This document shows positions 24,926-34,094 of a DNA stretch of 64,000 bases, piece after piece (position 1 is the first letter of the stretch; each line of letters begins with the position of its first letter). Under the pieces are notes generated by a model, which worked only from the letters and a program-made list of their open reading frames with translations, searched no databases and was not told the DNA's origin. A program made the position numbers and the translations under genes. Origin of the DNA: a virus (taxonomy: Duplodnaviria > Heunggongvirae > Uroviricota > Caudoviricetes); the IMG/VR virus record IMGVR_UViG_3300037279_000046; one strand, written 5' to 3'.

Positions 24926-25393
24926 TCATGCCCAGCTCGGTTTCTGCCGGTTAGTCCACTTGGGAGGACGCTTGTCGTGGTTCCACTTGTCTCGAAGAGT
25001 TAGCTTATAAGCATCGAATATACCTGTGTTTTTGTAGGTACTGCAGTTTGCAAACGGGGTAATTTGACCTGGAGGCATGAGCTTTGTACCACCACAGAGA
25101 GTGTTGAAGATGTCGTATGATTTATGTCCTTTGCCAGTACGATTATGACGTTCCTCTACGAGATCAGACATGTAGAGAAGTGTCCATCGATAATTCTCAC
25201 TAGACTCGCGAACCCACACAGCGCAAGGATGATTTACATGCGTAGACTTATAGATATCATTTCCAGTGTATCCTTGAACACGCATCGCTGTGCTAAGCAA
25301 CTGTGCGGTCTCGATAATCATCTTGTTGAGACGTAGATCGTCAAGTGCTTTTGCACATTCCATTGTGTCTTCACTTACAACAAAGATGTTCAT
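24926..25393 (-). CDS. hypothetical protein
   Basis: 155-aa ORF; conserved-looking IIETAQLLSTA...HPCAVWVRES but no family assignable by eye. Confidence 0.5.
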   Translation of the reverse strand: MNIFVVSEDTMECAKALDDLRLNKMIIETAQLLSTAMRVQGYTGNDIYKSTHVNHPCAVWVRESSENYRWTLLYMSDLVEERHNRTGKGHKSYDIFNTLCGGTKLMPPGQITPFANCSTYKNTGIFDAYKLTLRDKWNHDKRPPKWTNRQKPSWA

Positions 25394-25565
25394 AAAACTC
25401 CCTAGTATTTCTGTCTTGCTCTCAATTCAGGATTAGCGCGATTGATTGCTTTGAGTGTCCGCCAAGCAGTGTCACCCTTTAAGAATCCAGACCGCATTAA
25501 GAAATGTAACAGTTGTTTCTTCATAAAGAAATCACGAAACGCGTCGTCATTACGAGGACCGAAGC

Positions 25566-25997
25566 TCATAACAACTTTAAGTGTTTTGTAAGAGGATCGA
25601 TGACTTCGGGATAGTCAGGTCCAATAGCTACAGCAGTATATGTTGGAACACCATCGAACTCTGTAAGTCCTGCATCTTGAATTAGAGAGCAGAGAATCCC
25701 AGCAGCTTGCGCCTTATTAAAGATGTCGCGAAGCTCTTCTTCAGAATCTACTGATACGCAGATCTTTGTGAACTTGCCGTCAAGCCACTCTTGAATGCGC
25801 TTGAAACCAAGAGTATCTGCACTTAGGAATAAGCCACCCTCATCTGCGAAATCTGTATCTGGATCACTAGGAATAGAACGCGACTCCAAAAGATTAACAA
25901 TAACTGCCATTGATGCATGAGCACCTTGAGCAACCATCTTGCCCTTGCGCATGTTTAGATCTTTACGTAAGATGATGACCTGCTTTGGTGCCGACAT
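25566..25997 (-). CDS. peptidyl-tRNA hydrolase, PTH2 family
   Basis: KQVIILRKDLNMRKGKMVAQGAHAS ... TEFDGVPTYTAVAIGP matches the Pth2 pattern. Start set at the internal Met MSAPK. Confidence 0.75.
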   Translation of the reverse strand: MSAPKQVIILRKDLNMRKGKMVAQGAHASMAVIVNLLESRSIPSDPDTDFADEGGLFLSADTLGFKRIQEWLDGKFTKICVSVDSEEELRDIFNKAQAAGILCSLIQDAGLTEFDGVPTYTAVAIGPDYPEVIDPLTKHLKLL

Positions 25998-25998
25998 A

Positions 25999-26289
25999 TT
26001 ATTCCTTATAGTAAGCGTTCGTCTTATCTGTGTGATCCGTGATATCAACCACATGATTGATAGATGGATCAAAGTTCATGATGTGGTTCTTCACCAGCAT
26101 GTTGAGCGTGTACTTAGCGCCAGCACAACCTCGACATCCGCCGATCATCTTTACATAAGCGATAACGAAGTAATGTTCAGCATTGTCGCCACGATTTATC
26201 TCTGTGATCTCAACACGACCACGATGTTGACCAAGTAGAGTATTTACACTCTCGTCAAGCATCGCTTGTACTTCTTGAACTGTTTTCAT
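25999..26289 (-). CDS. Nfu/NifU-C-type Fe-S cluster scaffold-like protein
   Basis: MIGGCRGCAGAKYTL matches the Nfu GGCxxC...TL motif. Confidence 0.6.
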   Translation of the reverse strand: MKTVQEVQAMLDESVNTLLGQHRGRVEITEINRGDNAEHYFVIAYVKMIGGCRGCAGAKYTLNMLVKNHIMNFDPSINHVVDITDHTDKTNAYYKE

Positions 26290-26496
26290 TTAATCCTTCT
26301 TACTTACAGAACCAGTGCCCCTAAATGCAGAAGCTAACAATGCAAACCCAAATGCTTCCAACCAGCTAAGGTCTGCAAGGTGAAACACTGGAACCATAAA
26401 TAGTGCCCAGCCAATCTTAATCATGATGAGGCTGATAAGGGTGAATACCACCATGATACCAAGAATCGCGAACATTGCAGCTATTAACTTATCCAT
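26290..26496 (-). CDS. small membrane protein
   Basis: 68 aa with two hydrophobic helices. Confidence 0.4.
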   Translation of the reverse strand: MDKLIAAMFAILGIMVVFTLISLIMIKIGWALFMVPVFHLADLSWLEAFGFALLASAFRGTGSVSKKD

Positions 26497-26770
26497 TGTT
26501 ATCTCCTTTTAATACGGTTTCTTCAAACACGTCGTTTACTGTCATCTTCGTAATGTTTATATCAACACCAGAAGTAATCATGATCTCGACATTTTGTAAA
26601 CCCTTAGTCTTAAGCCATATTTCTAATTTACGGCGCATGTTCTCTATATAGCTTTGACTTACTGCTCCGCCTTCTGGTGCAGTAAGCGTCATCACTAAGA
26701 AATCTCCGTCACTTACCTTCAGGTTTGATATCACTTGGAATACCCCATCTGCTATCTTTAGCAGGATCAT
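26489..26770 (-). CDS. hypothetical protein
   Basis: 93-aa ORF. Confidence 0.4.
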   Translation of the reverse strand: MILLKIADGVFQVISNLKVSDGDFLVMTLTAPEGGAVSQSYIENMRRKLEIWLKTKGLQNVEIMITSGVDINITKMTVNDVFEETVLKGDNNG

Positions 26771-27128
26771 TGATGTCTAGAAAGATAGGAGCTTTCATCC
26801 AGGCCGTTGCATGTAAGTCGTCAACATACCAATTAGGCTTATCCATAACTAGATCAACCAGATTCTCAATGCCGAGCGTCTTAACTACAGACTCAGCCCA
26901 CTCGTGTCCACCCTGACTCCAGACTACAACCGTATGTCCGCGGGCTTTAAACCGTCTCATCAACTCTATGTGTCTAAGGTGAGGAAGAACGAGCTCAGAG
27001 CAGGCGCCATCAGGGTTGACTATTGATATAAGACCGACACCGCTTGGGTTTACTGCTTTCCAGTCCCAGATCACTAGTGTGTCGTCAACGTCAAAGAATA
27101 CTGATCGTGTAGCTCTGATTACTTTCAT
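26709..27128 (-). CDS. HAD-superfamily phosphatase-like protein
   Basis: FFDVDDTLV (HAD motif I DxDxT) near the N-terminus. Confidence 0.6.
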   Translation of the reverse strand: MKVIRATRSVFFDVDDTLVIWDWKAVNPSGVGLISIVNPDGACSELVLPHLRHIELMRRFKARGHTVVVWSQGGHEWAESVVKTLGIENLVDLVMDKPNWYVDDLHATAWMKAPIFLDINDPAKDSRWGIPSDIKPEGK

Positions 27129-27463
27129 CTGTTCTTCTTCATACTCTCGACCTGCTTGATCAGATCTTCAAGGGACATATCGACTGCATCATTAGCGTCG
27201 ATTTTAAAGGTTGCTTTTGAATTAGCTTTCTTTGTTGTAGTTTTAGTGGTCGTTTTCGACTGTTCGAATAACTCAGCAAGAGACTGAGCCTTCTGACGAG
27301 CCGTTTGCGGAGGAGCTGGTACAGACTTAGGCGGACGTGAGTTTCTCAATGCCGCACGCTGATCAGCCTGTTTCTGTTTTGCTACCTTCAAGGCGTCGTG
27401 AAACATCGTTACTGCGACACCTACGATAAACAGTACGAATCCGAGGATGATTAGGGTTAACAT
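27125..27463 (-). CDS. membrane protein with basic cytoplasmic domain
   Basis: N-terminal TM helix LTLIILGFVLFIVGVAV. Confidence 0.45.
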   Translation of the reverse strand: MLTLIILGFVLFIVGVAVTMFHDALKVAKQKQADQRAALRNSRPPKSVPAPPQTARQKAQSLAELFEQSKTTTKTTTKKANSKATFKIDANDAVDMSLEDLIKQVESMKKNR

Positions 27464-28005
27464 TACCAGTCACTCCCACCAGAAGAGTCAGACGATCCAC
27501 TGTCATAGCTCGAACTATCGTCTGATGAAGATGAATCATCGCTAGAAGAGCTGTCGTCAGAGCTATCATCCGATGAATCGTCGCTGTCGTTTGAATCAGT
27601 TGTATCTGGAGTAGGGTCGATGTTGTGTTCTGTGTGGCTTGACTCAGCAAGCTCAGAACCTACAAGAGCGCCTAAAAAGTCTCCACCGATAAGTCCGCCT
27701 GCTACAGGAGAACCGGTAAGAGCACCGATAACAGCTGATGTAGCGAAGCTTCCACCACTATCGTGGTCGTGAAGTTCTTGTTGGTTGTTTGCGTTATTGA
27801 CTGATGCGTCTTTACGGATCTGATATACGTCTGCGCCGACTGGAAGTACAGGAGTCGTTAAAGGCTGCTGAGCTTGCTGCTGAGCTTGCTGCTGAGCTTG
27901 AAATTCTGCTTCGCGAGCATTCTGAATCTTAACTGCACGTTCTTTGAAGTAAGCGACGATCGAAATAAAGCCGAATGCACCGGCCAAAATAAGTACTAAT
28001 TCCAT
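27463..28005 (-). CDS. membrane protein with Gln/Ala repeat and Ser/Asp-rich low-complexity tail
   Basis: N-terminal TM helix, QAQQQAQQQAQQ, C-terminal DSSDDSSDDSSSSDDSSSSDDSSSYDSGSSDSSGGSDW. Confidence 0.45.
   Translation of the reverse strand: MELVLILAGAFGFISIVAYFKERAVKIQNAREAEFQAQQQAQQQAQQPLTTPVLPVGADVYQIRKDASVNNANNQQELHDHDSGGSFATSAVIGALTGSPVAGGLIGGDFLGALVGSELAESSHTEHNIDPTPDTTDSNDSDDSSDDSSDDSSSSDDSSSSDDSSSYDSGSSDSSGGSDW
27866..27900. repeat. tandem repeat (GCTGAGCTTGCTGCT-like, about 3 copies) encoding the QAQQQ repeats
   Basis: Direct repeats visible at 27866-27900. Confidence 0.6.
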
Positions 28006-28045
28006 TGAATGCCTCCTGTTGAAGGCATTCTACAATCAGATTATT

Positions 28046-29236
28046 CTATGTCTCTTCTGGTTCTATTTTAGGTGCTTCTTGAGGCTTAACTGGGTTTGCG
28101 TAATCATACATTCCAGGCTTAACAGTAAAATGCATGTGATCAGGTGCTGCGTGGTGCGAAGCCAGTTCGCGCATTTGTTTATTTGAGCCTGAATTATTAC
28201 TCTGACCTGGGAGTCTAGATCCTATAGTCTGAATGTGAGATACTGGAACCCATGCAGAGTGAAGATCGCCGTACGTCTTAGCTGCATCCTCGTTAGTCCA
28301 CCAGCCTTCGCCTTTGTGACCTACTTTTCCATCTTTAACTTCAAAGAGAGAATCTTTCCAGTCAGGACCGTAGTTTTCTTCAGAGGCCGCTTCATCATAG
28401 TTCATGCCGCGATGAAGCTTCAAATGAAGCTCTGGCTTACCAGTAGCAGAGTTGGTGCGTGTCTGAAAATGGCTCTTAGCGTCTGGTTGGCCATTAAAAT
28501 ATTTAACTGCCGCTAACTGTGTTCGCTTTTCCTCTGATGGATCATTAGTACGAGGATTATGCTCTAATGTACTAGCACTTCTAGGAAAAAAGTCATCTTC
28601 ATTCTTGATTGGGTTTACAGGCTTGGGGGCAAGGCGACGCATAGCACCTTTTTCCAAGCCATCAGACTTTGGGTCTTCACTCTCCTGGTCGCGATCAAAC
28701 AGCTCAATAAAGTCAGAGAGACCTTGAGGAGATAGGGACTTGATGAGGTCAGAGAGCTGAGCGTCATCTTGGAACTTCGCCTTCATCAGAGTGTAGAGTT
28801 CATCTACAGTGATGTCGTTCTTCTTGAGGCGTTTCTTCCAGGCGCGAAGCTTCTTAGGGTCAACATGATGACGACCACGGTTAAGCTTCTCAGGGACTGC
28901 ACGGGTGTTAGATGCTGCGTAGCCCTTGCTGTTATCTTTACGATCTGGAGAGAGTTTCTCGCCGGTCTTCTTCTCAGCAGTTTGAATCTGCTTCACGATG
29001 CTCTTACGTGAACCAAGTCCTGATGACTTCTTAGAAGCCGTACCGTTCTTGCCCTTTTGGCGGCGAAGAGCGTCATCAGCTTTAGTCTGAGCACGTTGTG
29101 AAGAACCTGGCTTCTTCTTAGCAGCGGCAAGTTTCTTTAAGCAAGCTGAGCAGCGGCCACTAGGGTTTCCCTTAGAGGCAGAGGCGCCACCACAGCGAGG
29201 ACATTTCTTTTCGAGAACTTCAGTGAATTCACTCAT
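28046..29236 (-). CDS. zinc-ribbon protein with long basic disordered region
   Basis: N-terminal CPRCGG...CSAC, about 150 aa of Lys/Arg/Ser-rich low complexity, and an unassigned C-terminal domain. Confidence 0.5.
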   Translation of the reverse strand: MSEFTEVLEKKCPRCGGASASKGNPSGRCSACLKKLAAAKKKPGSSQRAQTKADDALRRQKGKNGTASKKSSGLGSRKSIVKQIQTAEKKTGEKLSPDRKDNSKGYAASNTRAVPEKLNRGRHHVDPKKLRAWKKRLKKNDITVDELYTLMKAKFQDDAQLSDLIKSLSPQGLSDFIELFDRDQESEDPKSDGLEKGAMRRLAPKPVNPIKNEDDFFPRSASTLEHNPRTNDPSEEKRTQLAAVKYFNGQPDAKSHFQTRTNSATGKPELHLKLHRGMNYDEAASEENYGPDWKDSLFEVKDGKVGHKGEGWWTNEDAAKTYGDLHSAWVPVSHIQTIGSRLPGQSNNSGSNKQMRELASHHAAPDHMHFTVKPGMYDYANPVKPQEAPKIEPEET

Positions 29237-29240
29237 GATA

Positions 29241-29714
29241 CTATTCTACCGCACTATGCTTCTCAACATATTCGGCTAGGCGTCTAATAACTTCAGGATC
29301 ACTTCTAAGATAACCTTCTGCCCTATTACACGCATCACACAGTAAGCCTCTAATTTTATTAGTCTTATGGCAATGGTCAACGGCTAATTGTTTAACGGTT
29401 CCATTTTTATGAGTAGAAGTCTCTGGTCTTAAACACACAGCGCATACATAATTTTGCTTTATTAGCATTTCATTATATTGAGATAAAGAGATCCCATACA
29501 ATCTCTTGAATCGAGCGTTATCTCCTTTTCTCGGATTCTGCTTATATAACTCTTTTGCTCTTACAGAATAATAGTCTTTATAGTTTTTTCTCACTCTAGC
29601 TGCAACACAGATTTTACATGAAGATTGCAGCAAATTTGAATTCTTACCTCTTTTAGAGAATTCGTTGTTTGGTTTGCTTAACTTGCATTTATTACAAATT
29701 TTATGGCCAAGCAT
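29241..29714 (-). CDS. Endonuclease VII-like (T4 gp49 family) protein with N-terminal Cys-rich extension
   Basis: YVCAVC...VDHCHKTNKIRGLLCDACN; compare T4 endo VII HLDHDHEL..KVRGLLCNLCN. Confidence 0.7.
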   Translation of the reverse strand: MLGHKICNKCKLSKPNNEFSKRGKNSNLLQSSCKICVAARVRKNYKDYYSVRAKELYKQNPRKGDNARFKRLYGISLSQYNEMLIKQNYVCAVCLRPETSTHKNGTVKQLAVDHCHKTNKIRGLLCDACNRAEGYLRSDPEVIRRLAEYVEKHSAVE

Positions 29715-30408
29715 AAATAACTTCTTTTGTATCTAAATTGACAGCACAAAGTGGCGCCTTAGGTGAGCATCCGCATCCTGAGTCCAAATAGTAATGATGA
29801 TCGTAGAATCTAGGTGCCATAATGCCTTTACGTAGTTGGTGTATGTGTCCTGATACACCTATGATTCCGTTGCCATGGTTGCGTGCAACACCTTTTTCAT
29901 CTGAGTGATAGGTCCACATAAGTTCATCTGGGCTAAATTCTGGCTGACCTCTATCTAAGATGTTGCGAGCCCACTCAGCTGGTGCTGGTGCATGACTTAT
30001 AAAGTAGTTTCGCTCTTCATGTTTTAGTGGGAGCTTAGAGAGCCACACTACATGGTCGTTGATCATGTCGCTGTAGCCCATGTACTGATAAGACTCGATA
30101 GTCTGAATCCCACCATTCCTAAACCACAGGTCAGTATCGCTAGCATTCTTACCTCTAGCATAGTACATGATGGCGATCCACTCGTGGTTGCCCGCCAAGC
30201 AGATAACGTTGTTTGGATGTGTCTCTTGTAAGTCTTTAAGGAAAGCTACAACTCCATAAGACTCAGGTCCTCGGTCAACATAGTCACCAGTGAAGATGAC
30301 CTTATCCGATGTGAGGTCTAATGCGTGGTTAGTAAGAAGATCGTTCCAGAGTTTCTTCAGGAGATCTAGGCGTCCATGGATGTCTGCAATAGCGAATAGT
30401 CTATTCAT
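29701..30408 (-). CDS. calcineurin-like metallophosphoesterase (lambda PPase/ApaH-like)
   Basis: ADIHG, GDYVDRG, GNHE and GH motifs in canonical order. Confidence 0.8.
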   Translation of the reverse strand: MNRLFAIADIHGRLDLLKKLWNDLLTNHALDLTSDKVIFTGDYVDRGPESYGVVAFLKDLQETHPNNVICLAGNHEWIAIMYYARGKNASDTDLWFRNGGIQTIESYQYMGYSDMINDHVVWLSKLPLKHEERNYFISHAPAPAEWARNILDRGQPEFSPDELMWTYHSDEKGVARNHGNGIIGVSGHIHQLRKGIMAPRFYDHHYYLDSGCGCSPKAPLCAVNLDTKEVIYAWP

Positions 30409-30883
30409 CTTTCTTTGGACCTTTCAAAACTTGTTTGATGAGGTCTTTATACATCTTAGGTGTGCGAGTTGGTGGAGCTTCAAAGTCAGGCAAAGTGGAT
30501 CCACCGAGAAGCTGCTTCTCAACGATCATCTCTACGATCTTGTCTGTGTCCATGAACGAGGAGTTCTCAGGGAATGTGGCTTCAGCGATACCTGAGATAG
30601 AGGGCGCAGTAACATACTGACGTGTCTGTGGATTCCAGGTGTGCTGAGTCTTCTGACCCTTCACTAGGATCTTAACGGGAATAGCTGTACCTGGGTAAAG
30701 AAACTTAATCTCTTTCCGCATGCTCTGCCCAATCATATTCTTAGCACCAACTAAGAATACTTCCTTACAGAAGTCATAGAAGAAACCGATGATCTCGTCA
30801 GTCGGCTGCTTTGTTACCTGTTGTATCAAGTACATCAGGCCGGTGTCCGGTCGGAATGACAGTTGTTTCTCGTTGAAATTCAT
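30401..30883 (-). CDS. hypothetical protein (paralog of 31373..31843)
   Basis: Shared N-terminal LxYLIQQVTK..EI(I/L)G(F/Y)FY signature. Confidence 0.5.
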   Translation of the reverse strand: MNFNEKQLSFRPDTGLMYLIQQVTKQPTDEIIGFFYDFCKEVFLVGAKNMIGQSMRKEIKFLYPGTAIPVKILVKGQKTQHTWNPQTRQYVTAPSISGIAEATFPENSSFMDTDKIVEMIVEKQLLGGSTLPDFEAPPTRTPKMYKDLIKQVLKGPKKDE

Positions 30884-31118
30884 CTACGCGCTCGCTTGTC
30901 AAATAGGCTTCGGCTAAAGCTTCTTCTAGTTCTTTAATGCGATCTTCATAGACCTTAACTTGGTCAATGAGTCCATCGCATTCGTCAGTAAGCTCTTTGT
31001 TTTCAGCTTCAAGCTTAGTGACTTGGTCTTCTAGATTTTCTATCTCTGAGGTAAACTCATCGGCAGCATCTCTAAGACCTTCTACAAGTTTGCGTAAATC
31101 TCGGTCACCGATAGCCAT
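30798..31118 (-). CDS. coiled-coil acidic protein
   Basis: Heptad-like LEDQVTKLEAENKELTDECDGLIDQVKVYEDRIKELEEALAEA; its 3' end overlaps the next gene out of frame by about 86 nt. Confidence 0.4.
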   Translation of the reverse strand: MAIGDRDLRKLVEGLRDAADEFTSEIENLEDQVTKLEAENKELTDECDGLIDQVKVYEDRIKELEEALAEAYLTSERVDEFQRETTVIPTGHRPDVLDTTGNKAAD

Positions 31119-31119
31119 C

Positions 31120-31404
31120 TTAGTTCTCTTTTGTACCAGTTAGAGCTAGTTCAGCGACCTTCTCTTGAATCAGTGTATCATGAGCTTTCAGTGCAGCGAT
31201 CAGGACATCTTGCATCTCAACGATGCGGGCGAATATAGTACTCATCTCTCCAGTAGGCTTGTATGGAGACATAGTAGAGCTACGAGCATAGTGATCTTCT
31301 TTAGGCTTCTGCATATAGACATGCATCAGCGCGTGCATGCGCTCCAGCTCGTTGTCAAGGATTCCATATAGATTAAGTGCTGGACTTTTTGTCTCGCTGC
31401 TCAT
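31120..31404 (-). CDS. hypothetical protein
   Basis: 94-aa ORF. Confidence 0.4.
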   Translation of the reverse strand: MSSETKSPALNLYGILDNELERMHALMHVYMQKPKEDHYARSSTMSPYKPTGEMSTIFARIVEMQDVLIAALKAHDTLIQEKVAELALTGTKEN

Positions 31405-31843
31405 TTTGTGCGATCCTTATCTTACGTAAACATGCCGGGGTTTTTAATTCTGGTTTTTGAAAGAGAGGCATTTCTTCTTCAATTAACCCAAGACCACTCT
31501 CTACTACCTTAGTCATAAGGTCTGTGATGTTTTGGTTCTCTTCAGAGTTAGGGAAGCTAACAGCTATTGTCTGCCGCTTTCTCTCGTGTGAGGCACCAGC
31601 CGGAATACCACCACAGTAGATTCTCAACCTAAATGAGATTGCAGTATCTTTATAGAACAGAACTATATCTTTGTTGACGTAGTTAGCTTTAGATTTCTTG
31701 TAGACATCATCGATAACAAAAGATGATATGCCGTAGAAGTACCCAAGAATCTCTTGAGTTGAATCTTTTGTAACCTGTTGAATAAGATATGCTAGACTCT
31801 TATTAACTTTGAATTCCTGTATTTTCAGCATATTCACTCCCAA
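31373..31843 (-). CDS. hypothetical protein (paralog of 30401..30883)
   Basis: See the paralog; 156 aa. Confidence 0.5.
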   Translation of the reverse strand: MGVNMLKIQEFKVNKSLAYLIQQVTKDSTQEILGYFYGISSFVIDDVYKKSKANYVNKDIVLFYKDTAISFRLRIYCGGIPAGASHERKRQTIAVSFPNSEENQNITDLMTKVVESGLGLIEEEMPLFQKPELKTPACLRKIRIAQNEQRDKKSST

Positions 31844-31853
31844 GATTAGAAAA

Positions 31854-32615
31854 TTATCGAATCGGTATATTGCGACCCTTTAGTTCTTCTAAACTCCAAA
31901 CTTCTACATTGATAGAAGGATAGTCTTGCTTAAGTAATTCATACTTAACTTTGGCGTCATCTTGCCACCAACCTTTTATCTCAACGTAGTGGTCTCTACT
32001 TCTATCATAGAAGTCAATTATATAAGTTCGACCATCAGAAAGATTAAAAGGAACTTGCCAGTCAAAATCTACCTTATTAGTATTTAAGTAGTTAACTACA
32101 TTGCGCTCCCATTTTCCTTTACATTTAAGAATATCTAGTGTCTTCCAATGTTCAACTTCATAGATATTAGAACAGTTAGTGACCCTTTTTAAGATAAGTT
32201 CTGGGTCATGGTTACGAGCTATGATTTTTTCTAAGTTGAGACAACCACAGGATTTAGCATTACCTGAAGTAAGTGAACCTGCTCTGATTGTGGTTTCTTT
32301 GCCACAGTCACACAAACATCTATAAACAACTCCCCTTTTAGGGAGTTGAATTCGTTCTAATGCTAAAAGCCTATTAAGCTTTTGACCAGTGAGATTTTTA
32401 TTGCGTGTTATACGTATCTTCTCTAAGTTTAGACAACCACAAGATTTGGTATTACCGGTTACTAGTCCATAACTTCTTACAATAAGAGAATTACCACAAT
32501 CGCATTTACATTCATAAGCAGTTTTGTCCAAACCACTTTCTTTTCCTGTAAGACGCTTAATTGTAAGTAAACGCCCAAATCTTTTACCTGTATGATCTTT
32601 AGCTCCATTTTTCAT
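31854..32615 (-). CDS. putative homing-type endonuclease: duplicated zinc-ribbon modules plus C-terminal PD-(D/E)XK-like nuclease motif
   Basis: Two copies of YECKCDCGN...GNxKSCGCLNLEKI; C-terminal IIDFYDRSRDHYVEIKGWW (D...E-x-K). Confidence 0.5.
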   Translation of the reverse strand: MKNGAKDHTGKRFGRLLTIKRLTGKESGLDKTAYECKCDCGNSLIVRSYGLVTGNTKSCGCLNLEKIRITRNKNLTGQKLNRLLALERIQLPKRGVVYRCLCDCGKETTIRAGSLTSGNAKSCGCLNLEKIIARNHDPELILKRVTNCSNIYEVEHWKTLDILKCKGKWERNVVNYLNTNKVDFDWQVPFNLSDGRTYIIDFYDRSRDHYVEIKGWWQDDAKVKYELLKQDYPSINVEVWSLEELKGRNIPIR

Positions 32616-32653
32616 ATAACTATTATACTAGATATGGCGATTAAATTAACAGT

Positions 32654-34045
32654 TTATTTTCTATGGCTTGTACTACCATCAGGACATTTTACTGTGTCAC
32701 CCAAATTTTTCATTGGGTGGTCTTCTGTTCCGCCCTTAGAGATAATCCATAGTATTTGAGGAGGATTTTGACCTGGTCTAAGCCATGACTCCCAGTCAAC
32801 CTTACTGTAACATCCATCGGTAATAAAAATATTAAGATCACCTTTGCGCTTAAATACATCCTCAAGCGACTTAGTGAGATCTGTACCACCAGACTGAATC
32901 ATAGATTTGTCAATCTTCGTGCCCATCTTGTACTGCTGACGTCCGTAGAGATCAGTGTGGAAGAACGAGAGGTTACACTTTCGTGCGCCAACCTTCAAGA
33001 ACTGATCCACGATCTCAAGGAATTCATTCAACTCCTCAGTGCTGATAGAACCAGACGTATCGAGGTGAAGCTCAAGCTTAGGCAGATCGCCTACTTTAGT
33101 GCCTGGAGCTTTGAAGCCCAGACGCTTGTTCTTGCGCATCCACGTGCCTTTGCGGTTGTGACCGTTGGCGTGTTTCTTCATCGCCATCAAGATCAACGCT
33201 TTGTAGTTCAACTCAGCACGGCGAGTCTTGATGTCCTCAAGAAGATCTTTGACGTGACCAGGGAGATCGTCGTATGACAGACGAGCTTTAACCATTGCAC
33301 GTTTTACGAGCTCTTCAGTAGCATCGAGCATCTCTTTTTCGTCGCCAGCGCCATCCCACATGTGTTCGTCGATCGTCTGTGGAAGGTCACCAGTCTCAGC
33401 TCCGCCACCAGCATTGCCCTGACCTTCGCCATCGCCATCGCCATCTTCTGGATCTTCAAAGCGCTTGATCAATTTCTCGTAGTAATGTTCCATGGTCTGA
33501 ACAGTCTGCCAAGGAGTCTTGGTGCCAGTCTTTTCATCTACGTCATGGTAATGAGCTACATCGATACACTGGCCTGGGCAAAGCTCATTGGGGCAAGGCT
33601 GACCGTCTTTAGTACACTGTGGGCAACCAGCAGGAAGATCCTTAATGAATTGATTGATCGCCATATCAGCTGCGATGTTCATGAGCATGCGCTTACGAGC
33701 GCTGATCTTCATGAACGGAACGCGCAATGGATGCTTATGTGTGATGTGAGAAAGTTCATGAATAAACACGGCTTTACGCTGAGCTGCGTTCAATTTCTTA
33801 CAGAAGAAGTACGGATTTACCAACATATCCCAGCGCTTAGCATCTGTATTGAACATGATACCGGCTGTAGGAAGTTGGTGGGAATAGGAGATTGTCAAGC
33901 ACTGCAGAACCGATCCTAAGAACGGGTGCGTTTTTGAAGTCTCATAGATGGTAGTGGCCAAGCATTGGGATTTCTCCTCAACTGGCACGAACTCTTTGTC
34001 CATCTGCTTTTTAATCTCTTTAGGATCTCTAATTCTTGATGACAT
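32654..34045 (-). CDS. VWA-domain protein with N-terminal HExxH metallopeptidase-like domain (MoxR partner; CobT/DUF2201-VWA-like)
   Basis: FIHELSHITHKH (HExxH) in the N-terminal half; MIDAS motif DTSGSIS in the C-terminal half; acidic Gly/Asp linker. Confidence 0.7.
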   Translation of the reverse strand: MSSRIRDPKEIKKQMDKEFVPVEEKSQCLATTIYETSKTHPFLGSVLQCLTISYSHQLPTAGIMFNTDAKRWDMLVNPYFFCKKLNAAQRKAVFIHELSHITHKHPLRVPFMKISARKRMLMNIAADMAINQFIKDLPAGCPQCTKDGQPCPNELCPGQCIDVAHYHDVDEKTGTKTPWQTVQTMEHYYEKLIKRFEDPEDGDGDGEGQGNAGGGAETGDLPQTIDEHMWDGAGDEKEMLDATEELVKRAMVKARLSYDDLPGHVKDLLEDIKTRRAELNYKALILMAMKKHANGHNRKGTWMRKNKRLGFKAPGTKVGDLPKLELHLDTSGSISTEELNEFLEIVDQFLKVGARKCNLSFFHTDLYGRQQYKMGTKIDKSMIQSGGTDLTKSLEDVFKRKGDLNIFITDGCYSKVDWESWLRPGQNPPQILWIISKGGTEDHPMKNLGDTVKCPDGSTSHRK

Positions 34046-34094
34046 ATAATTGTCTCCCTCGTTACACTACTATTGTATCAGCACGAGTCGCCCC

